Assembly (NCBI GenBank): GCA_022771205.1
Contig: JALFCF010000003.1
Coordinates: forward strand, 133,866 to 197,865
Source: Mycoplasmatota bacterium
GTDB lineage: Bacteria > Bacillota_I > Bacilli_A > RF39 > UBA660
Direction of reading: 5' to 3'
DNA length: 64,000 nucleotides
The notes below the pieces were generated by a model. That model made no database searches, had not been told where the DNA came from, and saw only the letters and a program-made list of their open reading frames with translations. This document shows, piece after piece, positions 56,032 to 64,000 of the stretch (within the stretch, counting starts at the first letter, position 1; the number at the start of each line of letters is the position of its first letter). Made by a program: the position numbers and the translations under genes.

Positions 56032-57036
56032 ATGCAAAATGAAACAATGGAAAACAATAAAACAGAATTAATTATATACCAATCTAAAAACGGTGATATT
56101 AAATTAGATGTTAGTTTGAAAGATGAAACAGTTTGGTTAACAGCTAATCAAATGGCACTAATTTTTAATAGAGATGAAAAAGTTATTAGAAAACATATAA
56201 ATAATGTTTTTAATGATGGTGAGTTAGATAAAGAAAACAACACGCAAAAAATGCGTGTTGATGGAGTAAAGCAATTTGTTTCCTATTATAGTTTGGATGT
56301 CATCATTAGTGTAGGATATCGTGTTAAATCTCTTGAGGGAGTCCGTTTTAGAAAATGGGCTACTGAAAGAATTAAGGAATATATTATAAAAGGATATACA
56401 ATGGATGATGAAAGACTTAAAAATCTTGGCGGTGGTAAATATTTCTATGAACTTTTAAATCGTATTAAGGATATACGATCAAGTGAAAAAGTATTATATA
56501 GACAAGTTCTTGATCTATATGCTACTGCTATTGATTACAATCCTAAAGCAGAAGAAACAATAAGATTTTTTAAAATAGTTCAAAATAAATTTCACTATGC
56601 TACGCATGGAAATACGGCTGCTGAAATAATTTATAATAGAGCTGATTCGAATAAACCATTTATGGGTCTTACTAATTTTAAAGGAGAACTTCCAAGTATT
56701 AATGATATTGAAATTGCAAAAAATTATTTAACTGAAGAAGAACTATTGATGTTAAATAATTTAGTATCAGGTTATTTTGACTTTGCAGAATTTCAAGCAT
56801 TGAAACATAAGCCTATGAGAATGAAGGACTATATTAACCAATTAGATAAAATATTATCTTCTTTAGATACAAAAGTATTAACTAATGCAGGAACAGTTAG
56901 TCATAAAGAAGCAATTGAAAAAGCAAAAATAGAGTATCAAAAATATCAAATAAAAGAACTTAGTCCTATAGAAAAAGAGTATTTAAATTCTATTAATAAA
57001 ATAAATCAAATTGCGGAAAGTTTAGATAAAAAATAG
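56032..57036 (+). CDS. RhuM-family virulence/DNA-binding protein
   Basis: WLT..QMA.IF, Y.LD.IISVGYRV.S..G..FR.WA, IRSSEK, VQNK.H.A..G.TAAE motifs. Confidence 0.9.
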   Translation: MQNETMENNKTELIIYQSKNGDIKLDVSLKDETVWLTANQMALIFNRDEKVIRKHINNVFNDGELDKENNTQKMRVDGVKQFVSYYSLDVIISVGYRVKSLEGVRFRKWATERIKEYIIKGYTMDDERLKNLGGGKYFYELLNRIKDIRSSEKVLYRQVLDLYATAIDYNPKAEETIRFFKIVQNKFHYATHGNTAAEIIYNRADSNKPFMGLTNFKGELPSINDIEIAKNYLTEEELLMLNNLVSGYFDFAEFQALKHKPMRMKDYINQLDKILSSLDTKVLTNAGTVSHKEAIEKAKIEYQKYQIKELSPIEKEYLNSINKINQIAESLDKK

Positions 57037-57356
57037 AACTATACATAATAAACATACAACTATAATGAATGTTTATTATGAAGTAGTCAGTTATACCCAA
57101 ACATATAAAAAGCAACTATTCATAATTAATGAACATCACACGTTGAATGCTTAAGTCTGCTAAAGTTACGTTAAATATCAAGTAAGGAAAATTTAATTAT
57201 ACAAAGAGAAAAAGAAATGGGACTAATAGAACTATTAAAAGAAAAAAAGAATTATTGCACGAACAAATAGAAATAAAAAAAGAGATTATACTTTGGAAAA
57301 ATATTATGATGATTTAAAATTATCAGAAGAATTAAAAAAGTAAAGGAGTAATAGTT

Positions 57357-58139
57357 ATGAACGAATATTTAGAATTTGCACAAAAAATTGCACTCGAAGC
57401 AGGCAATATTATGAAAAAATATTTTTCAAAAAAAGACATTTCTTCATATAAAGGAGATAAAACCATTGTTACTTTAGCAGACAAAGAAATAAATGCACTT
57501 TTAATAAAACGTGTTAAAGAAAAATTCCCAGAGCATTCAGTAGATGGAGAAGAAGAACAATTTGGCAGAAGTAAATATGTTTGGGTATGCGATCCAATAG
57601 ATGGAACAGCAATGTATGCAAGAGATATTCCAGTAGCCGTATTTTCTCTAGCCCTAGTTATTGATGGAGTTTCTACTGTTGGTGTAATATATGACCCATT
57701 TACTGAAAACTTATATTCAGCAATTAAAGGTGAGGGAGCATATCAAAATGATACGAAAATACAAGTTAATGATTACGATTTAGAAGATATAAAAAGTGTG
57801 GCTCATTTTGATATGTGGCCTTCCGCAGAATACAATCTTTTCCCTATAATTCAAGAATTAGGAAAAAAAACTTATCTTATAGGATTAGGAAGTATAATTA
57901 GAGCCTGTTCTTGTGTTGCTAGTGGAGAGTTTACATTTGCAATATTTCCTGGTACTACTCATAAAAATTGTGACATAGCAGCAGTTAAAGTTATTGTAGA
58001 AGAAGCAGGTGGAAAAGTTACAAATTTATTTGGGGAAGAACAAAGATATGATGAAAGTATAAATGGTGCTGTAATTAGTAATTCAAAGGTTCATAATGAA
58101 ATTATCAATATTATAAAAAATTATATAAAGAAAAAATAA
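57357..58139 (+). CDS. Inositol monophosphatase family
   Basis: VT.AD, GEE, WVCDPIDGT, D.AA...IVEEAGG motifs. Confidence 0.9.
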   Translation: MNEYLEFAQKIALEAGNIMKKYFSKKDISSYKGDKTIVTLADKEINALLIKRVKEKFPEHSVDGEEEQFGRSKYVWVCDPIDGTAMYARDIPVAVFSLALVIDGVSTVGVIYDPFTENLYSAIKGEGAYQNDTKIQVNDYDLEDIKSVAHFDMWPSAEYNLFPIIQELGKKTYLIGLGSIIRACSCVASGEFTFAIFPGTTHKNCDIAAVKVIVEEAGGKVTNLFGEEQRYDESINGAVISNSKVHNEIINIIKNYIKKK

Positions 58140-58157
58140 ATACTAAAATTTTAGTAT

Positions 58158-58751
58158 TTATTTTATTTTAAAAATACCATAAGTATTTGTTATTGGATCA
58201 TTAAATATACCTATTTTTGGAGGAACAAGTGTAAATAAAATAAAACTACCAAAAAGTATCACAATACTTAATATAGAAAACAAAGTACAATTACTTCTAT
58301 ATTTTTTTGTTACTATCTTTTTATAACTATAATAATAACTTAAAAATCCAGCTATAAAAAAACTACCAATATCAAATATTGCAAGATTAGTACCTAAAAT
58401 ACCAGTATATGTATAAAAGAAAACAACTATAAACCCTAATCCCAAAACAATACTTTTTCCCTTTACGCATAAATAATTATAATAACTTTTCCTAAAGATA
58501 AAACACCCTAAAACACTCATAAATAGCATAGGAAAAAATAGAAGTTTTAAATGCTCCCACGTACTTTCATTGACAGAACTAAACAATCCTACAAATAAAT
58601 TATTTCCTGATAACTGGTAAGTAAAATGAAATAAGCTCCCACAGATAAATACGAATATAAGAGAAAAAATTTCAAATTTTATCAGTTTCGAATGATTCAT
58701 ACAATACCTCCTATAATAGTATATTTTTATAAACTTTACATTATTCAACAT
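58158..58751 (-). CDS. Membrane protein (DUF6512-like)
   Basis: HF.Y, VNES.WEHLKL, FFY.YTG motifs. Confidence 0.7.
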   Translation of the reverse strand: MLNNVKFIKIYYYRRYCMNHSKLIKFEIFSLIFVFICGSLFHFTYQLSGNNLFVGLFSSVNESTWEHLKLLFFPMLFMSVLGCFIFRKSYYNYLCVKGKSIVLGLGFIVVFFYTYTGILGTNLAIFDIGSFFIAGFLSYYYSYKKIVTKKYRSNCTLFSILSIVILFGSFILFTLVPPKIGIFNDPITNTYGIFKIK

Positions 58752-58819
58752 ATATGTTTAATTAGATGCTAGTCAAAAAAATTAATTCATGATAAACTCT
58801 AATCATAAGAGGTGAGAGA

Positions 58820-59182
58820 ATGAAAGAAAGAAATATTGGTGTTGCAATCATATTAACACTTGTAACATGTGGAATCTATGGTATCTACTGGTTTATTGCT
58901 ATAACAGATGATGCAAGACTAGCAAGTGGAGACACACAAGCTCCATCAGGAGGAATAGCCTTCTTACTAACACTAGTTACTTGTGGTATTTATGGCATTT
59001 ATTGGGCATATAAGATGGGTAAAACCATTATGATGGCAAAACAAAAAGCAAATCTTCCAGCTGAAGACAATTCAGTGTTATATTTAATTCTTCAATTTGT
59101 AGGTCTTGGCATAATCAATTATGCATTAATACAAAATGAATTAAACCAATTTGCTGGAAAAGAAACAGGAGTAAGAGCTTAA
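58820..59182 (+). CDS. DUF4234-like membrane protein
   Basis: Twice-repeated LTLVTCGIYGIYW. Confidence 0.8.
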   Translation: MKERNIGVAIILTLVTCGIYGIYWFIAITDDARLASGDTQAPSGGIAFLLTLVTCGIYGIYWAYKMGKTIMMAKQKANLPAEDNSVLYLILQFVGLGIINYALIQNELNQFAGKETGVRA

Positions 59183-59198
59183 TGCTCTTTTTCTTTCT

Positions 59199-59582
59199 AT
59201 GAAAAAAAAGATAACTATTACTATAATTTTCTTAATTCTTTTAATTTCTTATCTATATTTAGGAAATAAACTAAATGTTTACATAAATTGTCCAATAAAA
59301 GAAATAACTGGACTATATTGTCCTGGTTGTGGCATAACTAGAATGCTTCAAGCTATATTACAACTTAATTTTTATCAGGCATTTAGGTATAATCCTTTAC
59401 TTTTTATTTCTCTACCATTTTTTATATTCTTTACAATAGAAGGAATTATTACCAAAAAAGATCCTTTATATAATAAGATTCCAAACAAGATATTGATAAC
59501 AATTATCATAATATTTATTATTTATGGCATGTTAAGAAACTTACCTCTATTTGATTTTTTAGCACCAACAATAGTTAGATAA
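59199..59582 (+). CDS. DUF2752 membrane protein
   Basis: CP....TG.YCPGCG.TR...AF.YNP motif. Confidence 0.85.
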   Translation: MKKKITITIIFLILLISYLYLGNKLNVYINCPIKEITGLYCPGCGITRMLQAILQLNFYQAFRYNPLLFISLPFFIFFTIEGIITKKDPLYNKIPNKILITIIIIFIIYGMLRNLPLFDFLAPTIVR

Positions 59583-60324
59583 TAAAATGACATAAAACCA
59601 TTATAAAAACACCAAAAACAAAAAATAATAACATTATCATAGACAACTGATATTTAAAAGAAGTGGGTATTAATTCATAAATAGAAATATGAATCATAAT
59701 ACCTGCTGCTATAGAAAGAATCAAACCTAAAATAAAACTAGTAATAAAAGGAGCTAAAAACAAATATGCAATAATTGCTCCAATTGTTTCAGAAAAACCA
59801 GAAATAAAAGTAAAAATAATGGCTTTTTTTCGACTTTTAGTAGCATAATAAATAGGCACCGCCACACTAATTCCTTCCGGTATATTATGTAAAGCTATTC
59901 CCAAAGATAAAGTAAGACCCAAAGACAAATCATGACGACTAGAAAGAAATGTAGTAATTCCTTCTGGTATATTATGAAATATTAAAGCTATAACAGCAAT
60001 AATGCCTAAACGATACAAATAATTAAAAGAAAGTTTTTCTTCTATTTTTCTTGATATTTCAGCAGAAAAACCAATTCCAAGCACCACAAAAATAGCTGTA
60101 AACAAAATACTAGGTATAATAAGTACATTTTGAAAAAACAAAGTAAATCCTTCGGGAATTAATGACAAAAAAGAAATAGTAAGCATAACACCACTAGCAA
60201 AAAGTAAAGCAGCAGGAATAATCTTTTCTTCTTTATAATTAGAAATAAAAACAGGTAATACTCCAATCATGGTAGATAAACCTGCAAATGTAGTAATTAA
60301 AAAACTTATAACAATAGAATTCAT
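59575..60324 (-). CDS. ZIP-family metal transporter (ZupT-like)
   Basis: Two HNIPEG motifs, AAGIM. Confidence 0.88.
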   Translation of the reverse strand: MNSIVISFLITTFAGLSTMIGVLPVFISNYKEEKIIPAALLFASGVMLTISFLSLIPEGFTLFFQNVLIIPSILFTAIFVVLGIGFSAEISRKIEEKLSFNYLYRLGIIAVIALIFHNIPEGITTFLSSRHDLSLGLTLSLGIALHNIPEGISVAVPIYYATKSRKKAIIFTFISGFSETIGAIIAYLFLAPFITSFILGLILSIAAGIMIHISIYELIPTSFKYQLSMIMLLFFVFGVFIMVLCHFII

Positions 60325-60368
60325 ACCAAATTATATGAATAAAAAAAGTAAACAATACTATATAATGT

Positions 60369-61238
60369 TTACTTTTTTATATATAATTTTTTCTCTAATT
60401 CCGGTATAACTTCACTTCCACGCGATACAAAATGCTCCATTTCTTCTTTCTCAACTTTATTAGAACTAACATAATAAACATCTGATTGGAATGTAGTCAT
60501 ATTATGAATAAGCAAAGCAAATAACTCTAGATTATGATCAGAAACATAATTTTGAAGAAGAGAAAATACAGAAGGATACATTTCATTATAATCTTCAGGG
60601 TGTAATAATAATACTGAAGAAGAAGCAACTTTTTTATCATCAAATTGATATTGTTTTAATCCATGAGATAAAAAATCATTAGCATCAGAAATTTCAGTTA
60701 AACAAAGTCCATCGTTATATAATTGAGAATAGGGTAGTTGATATTCTTCCACCATATCCTTCACCCAGGAAATATCTTCTGGAAGCGTTTTACTAGAATG
60801 AAAAGATACTGTATCTACCATAGTAGCAAGAATTGCAAGACAAATTTCATCTTTTGTAAATTCATTTTCTTTTCCTTTTATAATCATACTTGCTGTAGAA
60901 CTAGCTCTTTCATTTCTATAATATGGATATGATAATTCTTTCCTAGTAGGATGATGATCAATAACACCAACAACTTGACCAGCAACAGCTCTTTCAAAAT
61001 GATCCACTAAAATATACTTTTGTTCCTTATCATCAGGTAAAATATCTTTATAATCTCTCGGATTAATACCATATTTACAACAAATATCAATATTTTCTCT
61101 ATCTACTTCTAAATCCGGTATAACAAATTTAGCGGAATAACCAAAACGATTTAAATATCTCTCTAATAAAATTCCACTAACAATACTATCTACATCAGGA
61201 TTTTGATGTCCAAGAATAATATATTCTATCTTTTTCAT
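60369..61238 (-). CDS. DHH-family Mn-dependent inorganic pyrophosphatase-like
   Basis: GHQNPD.DS, LVDH, IDHH, DT..F.S..T, SR motifs. Confidence 0.8.
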   Translation of the reverse strand: MKKIEYIILGHQNPDVDSIVSGILLERYLNRFGYSAKFVIPDLEVDRENIDICCKYGINPRDYKDILPDDKEQKYILVDHFERAVAGQVVGVIDHHPTRKELSYPYYRNERASSTASMIIKGKENEFTKDEICLAILATMVDTVSFHSSKTLPEDISWVKDMVEEYQLPYSQLYNDGLCLTEISDANDFLSHGLKQYQFDDKKVASSSVLLLHPEDYNEMYPSVFSLLQNYVSDHNLELFALLIHNMTTFQSDVYYVSSNKVEKEEMEHFVSRGSEVIPELEKKLYIKK

Positions 61239-61306
61239 ATCATCACCAAGAAAAGTATAACATAGAATAATAAATTATGATATAATACAGGAGTGGAGGT
61301 GATAGA

Positions 61307-61927
61307 ATGAATTATGATTTAGAAATGGAAAATCAAATCAAAAATATTTCCACTAAAAATAAATTATTATTGCATGCTTGTTGTGCCCCCTGTTCTTCAG
61401 CTGTATTAGAGCGTATTTCTAAATATTTCGATATCACCATTTTATACTACAATCCAAATATTACTGAACCAGAAGAATATGAAAAAAGATTAAACGAAAT
61501 CGAAAACTTTGTAAAAAAACTAAACCTAAAAAATATAAAAGTACTAAGAGGAAGATATAACCCAAAAGAATTCTTTGATATATCAGTAGGATTAGAAAAA
61601 GAAAAAGAACGAGGAAAGCGTTGCTACAAATGCTACGAATTAAGATTAAAAGAAACAGCCAAAGTAGCAGAAGAATTAAATTTTGACTACTTTACAACAA
61701 CCTTAAGTATTAGTCCATACAAAAACAGTAAGTGGCTCAATGAAATAGGTGAAAACTTAAATAAAGAATTTAAACCAACTTATTTATATGCTGACTTTAA
61801 AAAGAAAAATGGATACAAAAGAAGCATAGAATTGTCACAAGAGTATGGACTATACAGGCAAGACTACTGTGGTTGTATTTACTCGAAAAAAGAACGAGAA
61901 TTAGCAAAACTATCACACATATCATAA
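61307..61927 (+). CDS. queH: Epoxyqueuosine reductase
   Basis: LHACCAPCS, YNPNI, RC..CY..RL, ISPYK, YRQDYCGC motifs. Confidence 0.92.
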   Translation: MNYDLEMENQIKNISTKNKLLLHACCAPCSSAVLERISKYFDITILYYNPNITEPEEYEKRLNEIENFVKKLNLKNIKVLRGRYNPKEFFDISVGLEKEKERGKRCYKCYELRLKETAKVAEELNFDYFTTTLSISPYKNSKWLNEIGENLNKEFKPTYLYADFKKKNGYKRSIELSQEYGLYRQDYCGCIYSKKERELAKLSHIS

Positions 61928-61987
61928 AATATTATAATCTTTACTAGAAATAGAGTATATCGTATACTAAATAAAAGGAGTGAAATT

Positions 61988-63292
61988 ATGAAATATTATT
62001 GTATAGGAATCAAGGGAACAGGTATGTCAACCCTTGCACAAATACTTTACGATTTAGGAAATGAAGTAAGTGGATATGATGACGCAAGAGGTCACAAATT
62101 TACGCAAGATGGTCTAGAAAAAAGAAATATTCCAATTTATTATGATCATGAACACGAAATAGATAAAGATACAATTGTAACCTATAGTGTGGCTTTTAAA
62201 GAAGATCACGAAGAAATGAAAAGAGTTAGAAAGTTAGGATTAACTGTAAAAAAATACAGTGAATTAATGGGAGACGTTATCGATATGTTTGAAACTATTG
62301 GTGTAAGTGGTACTCATGGAAAAACAACTACTTCATCACTAATTAGACACCTTTTAGAAGAAACTACTGGTTGTAATTACTTTATTGGTGCCGGAGATGG
62401 TTATGCAGATAAGAAAAACAAATATTTCGTTGTAGAAAGTGATGAATTCAATCGTCATTTTACAGATTATCATCCTGCATATTCAATCATTACTAATATT
62501 GAGGCAGAGCATCTAGAATGTTATAAAGATATTGATGACATCAGAAATACTTTTGAAATTTTTGCAAATCAAACAAAAAAATTAGTAGTTGCTAATGGAG
62601 ATAATGAAGAGGTTAGAAAAATCAACTATAAAACCAAAGTATTATTTTATGGATTTAAAGAAAATAATGATGTAGTAATTAAAAATATGAAACTACTAGA
62701 AACTGGTTCTGTATTCGATTTATACATAAATAACGAATTATTTGGTCACTTTGACATTCCACTATACGGAAAACATATGGTTAGCAATGCTGCAGCAGCA
62801 ATTACTATAGCAAAAGAATTAGGATTAACTATGGAACAAATTCACAGTCTATTAGAATCCTTTCAAAATGCTAAAAGACGCTTTGCAGAAACAAAGATAA
62901 ATAACTGTGTAATTATTGACGATTATGCACATCATCCAACAGAAATAAAAGTAACCTTAGAAGCAGTTAAACAAAAATATCCTAATAAACGTTTAGTAGT
63001 AGTTTTTGTTCCAAACACTTATTCTAGGACAAAAGATTTTAAAGATGAATTTATTGAAGCATTTAGTATTGCTGACAAAACGTATTTAACAGAAATCGAT
63101 TGTAACAGAGAACGTCAAGAAGATTATCCAGGTGTTACTTCTCATATTATTATAGATAAACTTAAAAACGGAGAAATGATTAGTTTAGATACCATTGAAA
63201 AATTAAAAGATGAAAAAGATTCTGTTGTATGTTTCATGAGCTGTGCATATGTTGACAAATTAATTGACAGTTTTAAAAACTTGATAAAATAA
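61988..63292 (+). CDS. murC: UDP-N-acetylmuramate-L-alanine ligase
   Basis: IGIKGTGMS.LA, GTHGKTTT, RRF, DDYAHHPTEI, YSRT motifs. Confidence 0.93.
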   Translation: MKYYCIGIKGTGMSTLAQILYDLGNEVSGYDDARGHKFTQDGLEKRNIPIYYDHEHEIDKDTIVTYSVAFKEDHEEMKRVRKLGLTVKKYSELMGDVIDMFETIGVSGTHGKTTTSSLIRHLLEETTGCNYFIGAGDGYADKKNKYFVVESDEFNRHFTDYHPAYSIITNIEAEHLECYKDIDDIRNTFEIFANQTKKLVVANGDNEEVRKINYKTKVLFYGFKENNDVVIKNMKLLETGSVFDLYINNELFGHFDIPLYGKHMVSNAAAAITIAKELGLTMEQIHSLLESFQNAKRRFAETKINNCVIIDDYAHHPTEIKVTLEAVKQKYPNKRLVVVFVPNTYSRTKDFKDEFIEAFSIADKTYLTEIDCNRERQEDYPGVTSHIIIDKLKNGEMISLDTIEKLKDEKDSVVCFMSCAYVDKLIDSFKNLIK

Positions 63293-63313
63293 AGAGGTAA
63301 AACCTCTTTTTTT
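63291..63313 (+). terminator. Rho-independent terminator
   Basis: AAAGAGGT-aaa-ACCTCTTT + T-run. Confidence 0.75.
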
Positions 63314-63413
63314 CTTTTCTCGAAAATTTTTTCGAGTTTTTTTGTTTGTTCGATTGTTTTTAGGCGAACAATTGTACTATAATAAAAACAGATAATGAAA
63401 GGGAGGAAAAAAT

Positions 63414-64000
63414 ATGAAAAAGAAATACTTAGTATTACAAATTAAATATGAAAAAGCTACTATAAATAAAAAACTAGAAGAAGAGTTATATGAAGAACTT
63501 ACAGACATGTTTTTTTATGAAGATATTTTTATGTATACCAACAAAGAATACTTTATAGATATTACTAACTATGAAGAACTATACAAAAAAACTACATACC
63601 AATTAGCAAACAGCATAAAAGAAAAGTTAAAAAACAAATATCATTTAAAGACAAAAATAGGAGTAGGTACAAATCTTTTTCTAGCAAAAACAGCATGTGA
63701 TATCATAACTAGTATTAAAAAACTAGAAATTGCATATTTAGATGAAAAAGAATACATTTTAACTTGCTCAACTTACAAACCTTTAAGTGACTTTTGGCAG
63801 ATTAGTAATAGCATGATGTTAAAGTTAAAAAAATTAAAAATATTTACTATGGAAGACATTAGAAATTATTCATATGAAAAGCTTTATGAAGAATTTGGAT
63901 ATAATGCTGAATATTTAATCAATCATTCTCTAGGAATAGAAAGTACTACATTAAAAGAATTAAAAGAAAATAATATTCCAAGAACAGTTTCTGCTTGTGC
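63414..64000 (+). CDS. Y-family DNA polymerase-like protein, degenerate (partial; not in ORF track)
   Basis: GGGAGG RBS. ...YTNKEYFID...KIGVGTNLFLAKTACD...PLSDFWQI...KL..L.I.TM.D...FG.NAE.LI.H..G. Confidence 0.75.
   Translation, partial: MKKKYLVLQIKYEKATINKKLEEELYEELTDMFFYEDIFMYTNKEYFIDITNYEELYKKTTYQLANSIKEKLKNKYHLKTKIGVGTNLFLAKTACDIITSIKKLEIAYLDEKEYILTCSTYKPLSDFWQISNSMMLKLKKLKIFTMEDIRNYSYEKLYEEFGYNAEYLINHSLGIESTTLKELKENNIPRTVSAC

Larger units (their letters stand above)
55250..57174 (+). mobile_element. Small island integrated at the rlmD 3' end (no integrase left)
   Basis: rlmD 3' end duplicated at 57133-57174 (TSHVECLSLLKLR*, sharing CACGTTGAATG). Confidence 0.7.

Overview
Very AT-rich chromosomal window from a low-GC Bacillota bacterium (uncultured Bacilli/RF39-like by gene style; this is an inference), read with genetic code 11 and almost all genes on the + strand. 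In order: (1) a candidate His-rich leader-peptide attenuator in front of a GNAT + ArgE-like M20 operon; (2) a 9.3 kb NAD salvage cluster (pncA-pncB-NUDIX-nadE-orf-prs-nadD-cinA/pncC-nrtR-nadK) carrying a repeated GATATTAA-N7-TTAATAA palindrome; (3) uvsE, murI and lipid genes; (4) tRNA-Arg(CCG) and tRNA-Thr(GGT), followed by a tandem array of integrative mobilizable elements. Each element has a conserved att junction, a small CxxC ORF, a large serine recombinase, a covarying structured non-coding region and a MobV relaxase. Their cargo is a HEPN-motif protein, a sigma-70-like protein fused to 8 tandem HTH-like repeats, and a kinase + transglutaminase-like pair. A third element survives only as a stub. 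(5) A second acyl-CoA ligase-plsC pair joined to a fused PlsA/PlsR-like (plasmalogen synthase-like) gene; (6) two-component, ComEC-like and germination genes; (7) a small integrase-less island at the rlmD 3' end; (8) housekeeping genes ending in murC and a degenerate Y-family polymerase. All calls come from motif recognition by eye; no database searches were run.
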